A DNA stretch of 64,000 nucleotides, taken from Mobula birostris (Eukaryota). A program made the position numbers and the translations under genes. The DNA is taken from positions 97,983,604-98,047,603 of the forward strand of contig NC_092383.1 in NCBI RefSeq assembly GCF_030028105.1, in the 5' to 3' direction. This document shows positions 1 through 12,415 of the stretch, piece after piece (position 1 is the stretch's first letter; every line of letters begins with the position of its first letter). The notes under the pieces were generated by a model. It did no database searches and was not told the origin of the DNA. It worked only from the letters and a program-made list of their open reading frames with translations.

Positions 1-91
1 CTGTGCAGTTGATTCCAGTTCTCTCTGTATTTTCATGAAAAGATCGTGGGCAACAGAGTTTGAAAAGAAGTTGTAAAGCAGCTGCACAGTT

Positions 92-1364
92 TCAAAAAAC
101 TCGCCCGCCCGCTTGTGGTACATTGCTCACAACATCCACTAAAACAAGGTTAAGGCTGTGAGCATGGCAGTGTGTATATAATGCTTGCGGGACCTCTTTC
201 CTGAACCTCTCTTGTACCCCTTTACTGCACCCGGACATCACTGCCACCCCGTCATAAAACTGACCTATACACATGTTCTAATCAATAACACACTGGGCGA
301 GTGTCTGTTCAATGCTTTTAAGAAGCGACTCTGCGTCCAACCCTTCTGCTGGAGTGAAATGCAAGAATTCTTCAAGCACTGTTTTGTTATTCAAATACCG
401 CACCACCACTGATACTTGCTCCTGTTTACTCAAGTCTTTACTTTCATCCATCATGTTGGCAAAATGTCCAGCCTCCTTGATTTCTGCACTTACTTGACAG
501 CTGACCATATCTGCCACAATACTCATAATTTCATTTTGGATATCGTGATAGGTGTTTTTTCCATTTCCAGGATTGTCCTCTATATTTTTTTTTTGCTACG
601 GTCTTATCAAACTTCCCAATTACACTGAGCAACTCAACACAGTTTCCCCTATTGCCAGATCCATCATTCTCCCAGTGTCCTTGCTGGGCAATGCCTTGGC
701 ACACAGTATAGCGTAGAGACTCAACCACTGCTCTCATGTACTCACGATTTTCTTGGACAATCTTTGCATATCCTTTATCAAGCATATTTCCCAATCTTGA
801 ACCGTCATATTTTCTCAATCTGAATTCGGCCCATGCCTCCATCGCAAACTTATGAGCTGCACTTACATGGTGGGTTTTGAAAGCTGTTGTAGCTTTCCGC
901 CTGTTGCGGTAATCGGTGACAGTGAAGGTAGACTCAGAATGGAACCCATGTCCTCCACTCAGGAAACGCCTGCATGCAAAGTAGAATGTAACATGTTTTG
1001 TGATTGAATATTCCAGTCAGGAGTACAGGTCAAACCAGCCACGAATAAAACTTCTTTGCTGATTGCCGGACTGTTGCAAAGGGTACTTTTTCAATGCTGG
1101 CCAATGGGGCCCTTCCTCAGGCTGCTGGCTGACATCGCTAACAGTATTCCCACTCGCACCAAGAGCAGCTTCATCCACGTTCTCTTCTGAATCCCGCTCC
1201 ATTTCTTGTTCCTCTACTTTGCCCTCACACTCCTTCGATGAACTGCTGTCGTCCTCATCCCCACTTACTTCTTTCTGCATGTCACTTTCAATTAAGACAT
1301 GCTCAGGCTGAGACATCACTGATTCCTCTGGATGAGGTCGTTTTCTCACTAAAACTGGATCCAT
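92..1364 (-). pseudogene. Frameshifted hAT transposase
   Basis: Four consecutive minus-strand ORFs in different frames cover the N-terminal, DUF4371-like, DDE and CxxH regions. Confidence 0.88.
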
Positions 1365-1778
1365 TTTTCACGTCGGCCAAAATAATGCACGTGCTAGGCC
1401 CAAGCTCGCTTGTAAAAGCACAATGTATGCGCGTGTCATCCGTTAGTCTTGCGAGACCACGGATCTGCGCCTGGATGTATACTATCAATCTCTCACATGA
1501 GTGAGAGTGAGTGATATCACCACCTTAAGTGATCTTAGATCAGCTTAACTGATCTGAGGACAGCAACAGCAAGACATTGACAACGAACGAATAAGCAGAA
1601 GTGTGGAGTGGACCTGACAGAGTTTATAACTTTATTGTTGCATGGGTGCTCTGGTAATTGGGGACGCTGTTTCACTAGATCAACTGGAGAAACAAGTTGT
1701 ATTCAAAACTATACAGAGAAAGCAAAGCAGCTGCAGTTAATTTCTTGGTGGTGCTATGGTGGGGCTATTGCAATTTCT

Positions 1779-1823
1779 GCTGGGGCTATAGCCCCAGCTA
1801 GCACCACCTTAGCACTGCCCCTG
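1779..1823 (-). repeat. hAT 5' terminus with perfect 20-bp subterminal palindrome GCTGGGGCTATAGCCCCAGC (1779-1798)
   Basis: Read directly. Host CR1 sequence resumes at 1824. Confidence 0.75.
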
Positions 1824-2340
1824 GTTATCTGCCCTGTCTCATTTCCTAATAGCAGACTAAGTATCAACAACTCTCGTTGGGACTTCTACACACTGATGAA
1901 GGAACCTTTCCTGAACACATTTGACAAACTCTATCCCATCTCGTCCTTTTACAGTATGGGATTCCCAACCATTATGTGGAAAGTTAAAATCACCTACTAC
2001 AAGAACCTTACGTTTCTGACAACAGTCTGCAAGCTCTCTATAAATTTGTTCCTCTAAATCCCACGGACTGTTGGCCATTCTGTAATTTAGCCCCATTAAC
2101 ATGGTCATTCCTTTTTGATTTCTCAGTTCGCCCATAAGGCCTCACAAGTCAAGTTCCCCAGTCAATCCTGATGGAGCTCTGCGGTGATATTCTCTCTGAC
2201 TAGTAACGCCAGTCCTCCTCCTTTAATCCCTCCCACTCTGTCACATCTAAAACAATGGAACCCCGTAATATTGAGCTGCCAGTCTTGCCCCTCCTGCAAT
2301 CATGTCTTCCTAATGGCTACAATGTCCTAATTACAGGTGT
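1824..2340 (-). mobile_element. CR1 LINE ORF2 endonuclease fragment
   Basis: VVGDFNFPHNGWESHTVKGRDGIEFVKCVQERFLHQCVEVPTR, a typical CR1 APE domain segment. Confidence 0.85.
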
Positions 2341-2599
2341 TCCACTGAGGGCCAGCAACATAATCCACTCGATTGTCAGGCTGAGCTTGGTCTAACCCTA
2401 CTTTTCCAATGCTGTGACAGTTGCAAAAGAGACAACAACCTCAACCATTCCCTTTAAACAGACTTTGAGGTTCATGTTGGTGTGACCATAGTTTGTCTCC
2501 ACACTCTTCCATAGCAGTTTGAACAGCGACTGTGCAATACGAATGAATGAAGCTGCAATGTCACTGGGTGTCCGATAATCACTCACTGGAGAAAGTGAG

Positions 2600-3090
2600 G
2601 TATCCATTGCATCCACAGTGGTGTAACTGTGGGAACGTCCCACCACCAGAAAGAATGATCTGTCCACCAGGTCCACAGTAGTATAACTGTGAGATCGTCC
2701 CACCATCAGAGAGAATGATCTGTCCCCCAGGCCCACAGTGGTCTAAGAATGGAATGGTACCACCACCGGTAAGAGATGTCCATCAGGTCCACAGTGGTAA
2801 TTGTGGGAGGGTCTCACTACCAGAGAGAATGAGCTGTTTGCCAGGTCCATAGTGATGTAACTATGGAAACATCCCACCATCGGTGAGAATGGGATGACCA
2901 TCAGGTCCACAGTGATGTAACTGTGGGAGTGTCCCACCACTGGTGAGAATGCGATGACCATTAGGTCCACAGTGGTAACTGTGGAAACATCCCACCACCA
3001 GTGAGAATGCGATGACCATTAGGCCCGCGGTGGTAACTGTGGATGGGTCCCACCAGTGGTGAGAATGCGATGACCATCAGGTCCACAGGC
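2600..3090. repeat. Degenerate ~57-60 bp minisatellite (paralog at ~26270-26650)
   Basis: Repeating ccaccac..gagaatg..ccatcaggtccacagtggtaactgtggg units. Confidence 0.85.
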
Positions 3091-4001
3091 CTTAGGAGAG
3101 GCAACCACAGTACAATCCAGTAACACCAGTACAGGGGAGGAGAGATAAATTATGGTGGGGCAGGGAGTGGAAGTGTGGGTTGGGGGATCTGTTCCTGCTC
3201 TCCTGTGCTGGGTCTTTGACGTTGTGCGGCCTCTTCACCCAGGATTGTTGAGGCCTCACAAAAGCCCCTGATATAAAACTCAATTTTCTTCATGCAGAGA
3301 GGCCCGGCTGACTTGGGCTGTGCACTTTACCATCACACTCTTTCAGGGTCACACCCAGGTGATCTTCCAGCCTCTACCAACAGTATTTCATTCCACAGTC
3401 ACCAATTTTAGAGTGTAAGGAACATTGTCATCTCCACCTACTACCCCCTCCCATCTTTCTCACCAGCATCAGTCAAAGGGAGACAGATCACCTCCCTCCA
3501 TCTCCGCAGCAGATGCATATACCAACTGAGCGCAGATTCCTGCAACTAACTCAGGCTCTGCGAGTGGGTGATGGGTCAGTGTGAACGAAGCTTGCCTCTG
3601 TGTCTAATTTCTGTCCTGTGAGTGTGGGAGGACTGTGTCACCGTTTCACACTAGAAGCAGCCAGTCAGTCAGAGTGTGCTGGGGGAGAGGGGTTACTGAG
3701 GGTCTGAGTGAGGGTGCTGGACTAACATCATTGAGGATACAGTCAGAGACATTGGAGGCTACAATTGGAAGGGGCGATATGGAGTAGAGTGATGTGGGGC
3801 TGTTTGGAGCCGATGGAGATATTCAAGGGGAGCGGGGTGGTGGAGCAGAGTGTTGTGGGGTTGTTTAAAGAGGACTGAGGCACAGTGTTGCAGTGACAGG
3901 GAGTTTTCTCTGGCCTGTGGTGGGATGGGCTGGATCCATCGATTCCTTGTCACTGAGAGTGTGAGGATGGGATTAATGACAGAATCTTTTATCCTCCCCA
4001 G

Positions 4002-4172
4002 ATCCAGATCTCAGAATATCATACAATGGTTGGAAGGTCGCCACCGTGATCCTCATCGTGATCGTCGTGATCCTCATTCTGTATCTGGTTTATAATAAAT
4101 ACTGCATAAAGCTGCGTGATTCTCGCTCACGTGGGAACAAAAGTAAGGGAAAGAAATCCGGTACAGCTGATG
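4002..4172 (+). CDS. Transmembrane exon, gene half A (DPDLRISYNGWKVATVILIVIVVILILYLVYNKYCIKLRDSRSRGNKSKGKKSGTAD)
   Basis: Acceptor tcttttatcctccccag, donor G|gtaggt. 171 nt, phase 1-1, open. Hydrophobic span then a basic stop-transfer region. Two paralogs with identical splice sites. Confidence 0.8.
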
Positions 4173-4488
4173 GTAGGTGTCTCCCCCACCCCCAAAAAAT
4201 AACCCGGCACCAGAAACTCTGGCCAGGAACAGCAGCAGGAGGGGTTGGGTCTGCAGGCAAGTGTCTCCCATTCCGACCCTGAGGACATGGGATCCCACCT
4301 CAGAAATAAGGAGTCAGGCTGGGGCAAGAGTGTGAGGTTTGGGAGGAGGAGTTGAACTGGGTAGAGGGCTGTGGAGAGGAGTTGGGGGAAAGGAGTTAGC
4401 CACTGCACTCTGTCCCATCCACTCGGTAGGGACATCAGGGCTGAACAGTGGATCAGTCTGGGTTCTGGTATCCCCCCCCCCCCCCGAG

Positions 4489-4616
4489 GGAGACACCAAG
4501 CACAGACTCCTTTGAAAGAGACACAGATGCCAGCATCGCAGGAGGGTGTCCCCAGCTCACATGTAACCACTGAGGAAGACTGCAACACAAGCCACATCCT
4601 TCACCTGGACAGCTAG
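4489..4616 (+). CDS. Possible proximal terminal cytoplasmic exon of gene half A (GRHQAQTPLKETQMPASQEG...HLDS*)
   Basis: Poly-C tract plus GAG acceptor, in phase with the TM exon. Resembles the distal terminal exon (ctttgaaaga, cccagctcaca, gacagc.agtacctctcca). Acceptor is weak. Confidence 0.3.
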
Positions 4617-4859
4617 TACCTCTCCACAGACCCAGTTATTGGGTAATGGAGCCCACACCCAATGCAGAGTGAGGAGGTTGGGAGTGGGTTTCCATCCCAG
4701 TGGAACTTCTGTTCTTGTTCCACAGTCCCAGTGGGGTTGGACCCTCACTCTATCGAGAGGACAAGGAATCAGGTGCAGCATAGAAGCAAAGCAAAGGAGG
4801 CTTACAATATGGTGAAGTTTAATAGGAAGGTTTTAAGACCTAGTGGAGAACAATTTTAA

Positions 4860-5540
4860 AACCACTAAGGCAAAAAAGATGAAAGACAAGGGTAAATTAT
4901 CCAATAATGTAAAAGAAAATTTCAACATCTCTAGCGAACTGCCTGCAAGGATATTGGTTCCCCTTGGATTCGGGTGCAACCCATCCCTTTGGAACAGGTC
5001 ATAGATTCCCCAGCAGAGATCCCTTTGATCCAGAAATCTGATACCCTGCCCCCTGCACCATTTCTCAGGTGCACAGTTCTCTGCCCAATGATCCTATTTT
5101 GTACCAAGACTTCTGGATGCTGACCCTCTCCCTTTAGAATGCCATGGACTCAATCTGACATGTCTCTCACCATGGCACCTGGAGGCAACATATCATCCGG
5201 GTGTCTATTACGTCCACAGAAAACCTTCTGTACTTCTTTAACTTTGGAATCCCCTATCACTACTGCAGTCTCCTCCATTCCCTTCTGGGCCATAGCTCCA
5301 GAGACTAGAGACCTGGTCATGGTGGTACCTCCCCTGCCACTCCTCCCCCCCCCCCCCACTCCGGTAGGTCATCCCCTTCAACAGCATCCAACAAGGTATC
5401 ATCATTATTGAGGGGAATGGCCACAGGGGTACTTTGTACTGGCTGCGCATTTCCCTGTCTTCTGACAGTCACCCAGTAACCTGCCTCCTGCAACTTGGGG
5501 GTTACCACCTCACTGTAGCTCCTATCATCACCTCTTCTGA
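4860..5540 (-). mobile_element. CR1 LINE ORF1 (SGNH esterase-like) fragment
   Basis: VTPKLQEAGYWVTVRR and AVVIGDSKVK..CGRNR..LPPGAMVRD motifs. Confidence 0.8.
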
Positions 5541-5779
5541 TTTCTGGATCATTGGGATCTCATCTGGGGAAGGATGACCTGTACAATAGGGGTGAATAAC
5601 ACATGAACCTTAGTAGATGGTTCGCTTGACCTAGGCAATTGGGAAGGTTTTAAAATCGATTAGAAAAGATAAAATTTCAGGATACTTGGAAGCAGGCGAT
5701 GGAATAGGGTGAAGTTCGCACAATTTTGTTCTAATTCTTTGAGAAGGTAACAGGCCAGCTGAGAAAGGAGAGTAAGCTC

Positions 5780-7250
5780 CAGCAATTTACAAGTACTTTC
5801 ACAAGGTATTTGACAAAATTACACTCATGAGGCTATTAAACAAGATAATACAAAATTTTGAAAGGGATAGATAAGATAGAAGTAGGAAAGTTGTTTCCAT
5901 TGCTAGGTGAGATGAGAACTAGGGGATATTACCTCAAGATTCAGGGGAGAAGATTTAGGATGGAGATGAGGAGAAACTGTTTTTCCCAGGGAGTGGTGAA
6001 TCTGTGGAATTCTCTGCCCAGGGAAGCAGTTGAGGCTTCCTCACAAGATATATTTAAGAAACAGTTAAATAGGTTTTTACACAGTAAGGGAATTAAGGGT
6101 TATGGGGAAAAGGCAGGTAGATGGAGATGAGTTTATGGACAGATCAGCCATGATCTTATTGAATGGTGGGGCAGGCTCGATGGGCTGGATGGCCGACTCC
6201 TGTTCCTATTTCTTATGTTCTTATGTTTTGAAGAGCCCATGGCATCATTGGTAAGGTACAGCATGGATAGAAGATTGTCTGACTGGCAGAAGTTAGAGAG
6301 AGTGGGGATATAAATGCTCTTTTTTGAACACCTGCCACAGACCAATGGAGCATCAAAGGGTTCTGGGCTGGGACGGCACCTTTTCACATTACACATGAAT
6401 GGTCTCGATGAAGGAGCAGATGGCATTGTGGATATATCAGGATCAAGATAGCCGGAGGTGTCATACAGGCACAGAGTCGAGTCTGCTGCAGGACTTGGAG
6501 AGGTTGGGAGAATGGGCAAAGAAGACAATTTTTAGAAATGAGGGTTTATGCACTCTGAGAGGAAGAATAAAATTGTAGCCTGGAATGAAATGGACATACA
6601 ATTCACGCTGAGTCAGTATTAAAGAAGGGGAATATATTGTCAGTACTTAGTTTGGAAAGGGTGTGGATATAATAGCAAGAACGAACTGCTGAGGCTTTAT
6701 AAGGAGTTGCTTAGTCCCCATATGGAATATTGTGAACAATTTGGGTGCTGTATCTAAGGAAATATGTGCTGCCTCTGGAGAGGGTCCAGATAATGTTCAC
6801 AAGAATAATTACAGGAGTGGAAGTCTTCAGGTATGAGGAGTGTTTGGCTGCTTTGGGCCTGAAAAGGATGGACCTCAGAAGGGTGATGGAAAGGATTCAC
6901 TAAATTATAACAGATACCTAAACGCCTGGATGACATGAAGGTGCAGAGGATGTTTGTCAGTGGGAGAGTCCAGGACACAAGGGCACAGACTCAGAATAAA
7001 GAGATGTGCTTTTGGAACTGAGGTGAGAAGGGGTTTTTTTTCAGCCAGAGGCCAGGAATCTGGAATTTAAGGATGAGATTAAAAGGTTTTCAATTGGTAG
7101 AGTAGTTCAGGGTTACAGAGAAAAGGCAGGAGAGTGGGGCTGCATAAGGAACCAACCACAAATAAATGATGGAACAGGCTCAAAGGGCTAAATGTCTTAA
7201 AGTTCCTCTTATATTTTATGGTCTTACGGATCTGCAGTAAATTGTGCTGA
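5780..7250 (+). mobile_element. CR1 LINE ORF2 RT and 3'-end fragments
   Basis: MKGIDK..TRGYYLKIQGRRFRMEMRRNCFSQGVVNLWNSLP, followed by a ttcttatgttcttatg tail and further RT fragments. Confidence 0.88.
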
Positions 7251-7289
7251 CCACACTCCTCGATCTTTTGACTCTCCATTTCCTGTTCC

Positions 7290-7925
7290 TTATCCTGCAC
7301 ACACCCGGTCACTGGGGTACACTGCCCTCACACCTGGTCACTCGGGTACACTGCCCCCAAACTCCCGGTCACTGGGGTACCCTATCCTCCCACACACCCC
7401 ATCACTGGGTCACACTGTCCCCGCACACCCAGTCACTGGGTCGCACTGTCTCCACACACCCAGTCACTGGGTCGCACTGTCTCCACACACCCAGTCAGTC
7501 ACTGGGTCACACTGTCCCCACACACCCAGTCACTGGGTCACACTGTCTCCACACACCCAGTCATTGTCCAACACAGACAGTCACTGGGTCACACTGTCCC
7601 CACACACCCAGTCATTGTCCCCCACACACAGTCACTGGGTCACACTGTCTCCACACACCCAATCACTAGGTCACACTGTCTCCACACACCCAGTCAGTCA
7701 CTGGGTCACACTGTCCCCACACACCCAGTTACTAGGTCACACTGTCTCCGCACACCCAGTCAGTCACTGGATCACACTGTCCCCACACACCCAGTCACTG
7801 GGTCACACTGTCCCCACACTCCCAGTCATTGTCCAACACAGACAGTCACTGGGTCACACTGTCCCCACACACCCAGTCATTTTCCCACACACACAGTCAC
7901 TGGGTTACACTGTCCCCACACATAT
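7290..7925. repeat. ~31-35 bp minisatellite cagtcactgggtcacactgtccccacacacc (paralog ~21590-22060)
   Basis: About 18 tandem units read directly. Confidence 0.92.
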
Positions 7926-8622
7926 AATTCATCGTCGTTGTCACTATCTCTCAAGGTCGAGGATGATGGTCTTTGTTCCATAAATAGTGAAGACGCCTGT
8001 GCGTGTATTTGTTTAACGTGTACTTGATGCTGCACTCCAAGAAGCACACGATACTTCACAAATCAACCAACTGATTCCAATGGCATGGAAACCACGACGG
8101 TTGGAGCTGATGGGTTTATTGCAGCCTTCATCCGCCTTCACAGCGGCTGAGTTCGAAGTAACTTCATCTGCCTGTTCCACTGTTGAGGTCTTAGTTGGAG
8201 TACTGGAGTACTCAGTAACACAGGGTTACTGGAGGACCCTGTACCCCTCATAACTGGTTACTGGTGTACAATGTTCCCTACACACCCACTCACCGGGATT
8301 TACTGTCCTCCACACACCCAATTGTGAGATGTGGTGGGGAGACTTTGACTTGTGTGGGTGTGATGTTTTGCGGGATATTGACCAGTGTGAGAGATAGAAG
8401 CAGAGTAACTAAAGTGAAGTTTATAGGACATGTCAGTGGAGATGGGAATGAGGAAGGGAGTCGGGGTGTTGTGATTTGTGGCAGTCGAGGTGACATTGCA
8501 GAGGATGTGTAGGGACCAGATGAGCATATCTTAGGTTGAGGGTCACTGGGAGATTCTGTGGAGAGAAGGCCAGGTATCAGTATCACGACTGGAAGCCCTT
8601 AACTCTGCTCTCTATCCCACAG

Positions 8623-8687
8623 GCCAAGGGGAGGGCCAGCCTTTGAAAGATCAAAAGAAGGAGCCTGCAACTAATGCCCCGGAATAG
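8623..8687 (+). CDS. Terminal cytoplasmic exon of gene half A (GQGEGQPLKDQKKEPATNAPE*)
   Basis: Strong acceptor ctctgctctctatcccacag, phase 1, TAG at 8685-8687. The same acceptor is conserved in paralogs at 21243 and 45907. Confidence 0.65.
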
Positions 8688-9189
8688 AACCCAGCTCACA
8701 GATACCCCCTCCATCGGGACAGCGAGTACCTCTCCAAACTCAATCACTGGGAAACGTTGCCCACACCCTCCTGGGTGTGTTAGGGGTTAGTCCTCCCCTC
8801 TACTGGAACCCCTGCCTTTGTTCAACAATTCCAAATTGCTTTATATACTGTGGGTTCTGCAGTGACTGGTGATAACCCCACTCCTGGATCTGGGATCCTC
8901 TCTACTGCACACAGGCCCGTGTCCACTACTCGTCCACCTGACTCTCCCTCCTTTTCCTCCCTGCTGCTCAGATCTAACACTGCCCACCTTTCCTCCTGAC
9001 TCTAGTCCTCAGAATTTACAACTTTCTTGTCCTCTCCTGTGTCCCCACCCAAAGCCCTGTGCCTACATCATTCCCCAACATCCCCACACGTCCCCAGGTA
9101 GTCCCCACACTCTGTTATCACAGAATAACCCGTTCATGTTCTCACGTTTTATTTTCTCTTCCTCTAACCTACCTGGGTAAAATCAATAA

Positions 9190-10620
9190 GACCACAAGAC
9201 GTTGGTGCAGAATCAGGCCATTCAGCCCATCGAGTCAGCTCCAATATTTGATCAAGGCTGGTCCATTTCCCTCTCAATCCCATTCTTCTGCCTTCTCCAC
9301 ATAATCTTCCATGCCCTGACTTATCAAGAATCCATCAACCTCAGCCTTGAATATACTCAATGATCTGGCCTCCAAAGCCACCAGTGGTAACAAATTCCAC
9401 AGAAGGAATACCCTCTGGCTAAACAAATTCCTCCTCATCTCCTTTTCAAATAGACATCTCTGTATTCTGACATTGTGACCTCTAGTCCTGTACTCTCCCA
9501 CAATCAGAAACATCCTCTCCACATCCAGTCTATCTAGTACTTTCAACATTCAATAGGTTAGAATGAGGTCCTCCCTCATTCTTCTAAATTTCAGTGAGTA
9601 CTGTTCCAGAGCTATTGAATGCTGCTCATATGATCAGACTCTCAAGTCCAGAAACATTTTCTGAGCCTCCTCTGAACCCCCTCCAACATCAGCACATCTT
9701 TTCTTAGAAAAGTGCCTCCAACTGTTGACAATACTGCAAATGAGGCAAACCAGCCTCAGCTTTACATCCTTGTTTTTATATTCTAGTTCTCTTAAAATCA
9801 ATGTTAACGTTGCAGATGCCTCCCTCACCACAAACTTAAACTGCAAGTTAAACTTTAGAGAATCCTGCACAAGGAATCACATGTCTCTAGGGTTTTGGCC
9901 TGAAACATCAATTGTACTCGTTTCCATAGATGAGTTCCTTCGATCACCAGCATCTGCAGAGTTACTCTTGTTTGTGGTTGTATTCCCTTTGCACTTTGGA
10001 TTTATGAATTTTCTCTCCATTTAGAAAATAGTCTACCATTTTATTCCTCCTCCCAAAGTGCATGACCATTTAGATCCCGACACGATGTTCCATCTGGCAC
10101 TTCTTTGCCCAGTCTCCTCATCTGTCCATCTTTCTGCAGCCCCTCTGCTTCTGCAACACTATCTGCCCCTCTAACTACCTTCATATCATCCACGAACTTG
10201 CCCACAAAGCCATCAGTCCCATCATCCAAATCATTGATATACAACGTGAAAAGAGTAAGTCCCAACATCGCTACCTGTTGGAACACAACTTGCCAGCAGC
10301 AGCCAATCAAAAATGTTCACTGTATTCCTACATTTTGTCTCCTAATTATCCAATGATCTTCCAATCCTCTGTCACCTCTTTCCAAGGATTTGATTTATTT
10401 TTTATCAACAGGGCCATGTTTCACCCTCTGCCAACCTGCCTATCATTTCAATACAATCTGTATCCATGGATGTTAAGCTCCTAACAATAACTTTCTTTCA
10501 GTTATGACTCAGTGATGCCCACAACATCATACCTGTCAAGCTCTAACGGTGCTACAAGACCATCTATCTTGTTTTGCATGCAGCGTGCATTCAAATATAA
10601 CACCTTCAGTTAGCTGTTTT
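9190..10620 (-). mobile_element. CR1 LINE RT fragment inside the 3' UTR of gene half A
   Basis: LFTLYINDLDDG..VGKFVDDMKV and MLKVLDRLDVERMF..MRRNLFSQRV motifs. The 3'UTR-like flank matches the gene C 3' region. Confidence 0.88.
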
Positions 10621-11201
10621 CCCTTTCATAAACTTGTCAGCCCCAGCTGATCAGTCACCCCGAGCTTCACAATGTACTGCAGCCCCACACTGTAACTTCC
10701 TGTTCCCCACCCACAATCCCTCCCGGGACATCCCTTCCAATTCTTATTGCCTGATTAACCATTGACATCCTGGAGGACAGTCCCAGAGCTTGGAGCCTGA
10801 GCAAAACCCAGGATGTCGGATGTCGTGAAGGGTCCTGTGAAGCCCCCGCCCCAAGATTCTGGGGCTGTGGACCGCCACATACTGCAAGAGGTTTATTGTT
10901 AATATTGTGCACTCCCTGCCAACATGAACCAGTGAAGGTTTCACCAGTGAAATCACGCTCAGTCTTTCAGCCCTAGAGATTGGTGATGAGGTATCGGGCA
11001 GAGGGCACATTTTTTATCTGTGCACTGTCAAATTTAATAGCTTGGCCAGCATCTGTGGAGAGTTAATGTTTCAGGTCACACACGTCTCTCTCCACAGATG
11101 CTGCCTGACTTGCCTCAGGCTTCCAGCAGTTCCTGATTTTCCTAGAGATTTCCAACTTGTACAATTGCTTTATATTTACTGCTTGAGATTGTCTACTTTA
11201 T

Positions 11202-11207
11202 AATAAA
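11202..11207 (+). terminator. Candidate polyadenylation signal AATAAA, gene half A
   Basis: AATAAA conserved in arm B (18806-18811, minus) at the end of the homologous 3' region. Confidence 0.4.
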
Positions 11208-11259
11208 TTCTTATACAATATTTTCCCAGACCATTCTGTTGTTGGAGTTTGTTGGGCTG

Positions 11260-11815
11260 CAGCAGGTTTACTCAGATATGGATGGGTGCAGGGCCAGAGG
11301 GTGTTAGAGAGATGGATGGGTGGAAGGCCTGTAGGGGTTTTTACAGAGAGGTGGATAGGTATAGGAGCCAGAAGGGGTTTCACAGAGACGTGATGGGTGT
11401 TGGGGCCATAGGTTATGACCGAGAGATAAGATGGGTACAGGGCCAGAGGGGATTACAGGGAGATGGATGGGTGGAAAGACTGTTGCTGTCTGGGCCAAAG
11501 TGGGATTACTGAGAAATGAATGAATGAATGTTAGGGTTGGAGGGGTTACAGTGAAATGGATATTTATAGGGGCCGGAAGGGGTTGCAGAGAGATGGGTGG
11601 GTGCAGGGTCTGGAAGAGGTTGTAGAGAGATGAGTGGGTGTAGGGTCTGGAGGGGGTTACAGAGAGACGGATAGGTATAGGGGCCAGAGGGGGTTTCACG
11701 TAGGCGTAGGGGCCACAGCGTATTACCGAGAGATGGATGAGTGCAGCGGCCGGAGGGGATTACAGAGAGATGGATGGGATCCACGGGAAGGACACTGGAA
11801 TTGAACACTGAACTC
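11260..11815. repeat. Degenerate ~30/62 bp minisatellite (gatggatgggt..ggggttacagaga); paralogs ~18230-18740 and ~44890-45050
   Basis: Read directly. Confidence 0.8.
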
Positions 11816-12049
11816 TGACGCTCTGTGAAGCTCCTCACATCCCACCCTTTCACTGACCAACACCCATATGGCACTCCCTGCCTCCCACCCCCACCCCTGA
11901 GATTACTGGGTCACTTCGGGGTTGGGGAGGAGACACTGAGGACAGATATTGACCCACAGCAGCACCCGTTTGCGTGTTGTCTTCCTTCTCGCACCCTGTT
12001 CCATTGCTTCCACTTTCCTTCCACCATTTCAATCCCTGTGGTGCCCTCA

Positions 12050-12375
12050 GCTCCTCGCTCCCCATCTCCACCGTGGATCGGAGACGCGCGGCGGCGGAAG
12101 TTAGCTCATGGCGTTCTGTAATCTGATTGGACAGCCCATGGACCAGCGCTCTAGGATTGGCCGAAGTGGTTGTGGAACAATCCAATTGAGCACCGTTATT
12201 ACTGCACATCTGATTGCCCGTCGCCTGGCTGCCGTGTTTACCGATTGGCTGCTGGAATACCGCACTCCCTGATTGGGTCGGCTGGAGGCAGCGCAACACG
12301 CCGCTGACCGGACGGATCAGGAGCCGCCGGACTGGTTCGCTGATGTGACGGTGACGGTGACCGCAAAGCGACACC
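12050..12375 (+). promoter_or_regulatory. CpG-rich promoter with a phased array of inverted CCAAT boxes
   Basis: ATTGG at 12126, 12156, 12244, 12272. ATTGA overlapping CCAAT at 12182-12189. ATTGC at 12213. High CpG density relative to the flanks. Confidence 0.65.
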
Positions 12376-12415
12376 ATGGAGCTGTCCCGGACTCTTCGGT
12401 TTGCCGTGTTCACGG
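12376..12415 (+). CDS. Candidate first (leader) exon MELSRTLRFAVFT + phase-1 donor
   Basis: Kozak gcgacaccATGG, 40 nt, donor G|gtgaagggg, directly downstream of the CCAAT array. Confidence 0.55.

Larger units (their letters stand above)
1..1823 (-). mobile_element. hAT-superfamily DNA transposon (ZMYM1/DUF4371-like transposase), 5' part; continues beyond window start
   Basis: Broken ORFs 1017-1364, 531-842, 278-526 and 92-274 carry hAT motifs (GWFDLYS; YMRAVVESLRY..QG..GHWE..NRGN; MMDESKDLSKQEQVSVVVRY; YDGVAVMSG..YTHCHAHSLNLVL). Minus-strand terminus CAGGGGCAGTGCTAAGG at 1823. Confidence 0.9.
1824..11820 (+). repeat. Arm A of ~9.5 kb inverted segmental duplication
   Basis: Reciprocal ORF pairs in reverse order and strand: 1857/27141, 2398/26570, 3850/25305, 4662/24543, 5858/23267, 6754/22410, 8290/21280, 9274/20313, 10041/19687, 10667/19101. 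Confidence 0.95.

Noticed and set aside
2600-3090. CRISPR-like or mucin-stalk-coding array
   Set aside because: The units are contiguous degenerate repeats without unique spacers, there are no cas genes, and the gene-sense frames contain stops.
7244-7983. Long ORFs (141 and 139 aa) as genes
   Set aside because: They are translations of a minisatellite.
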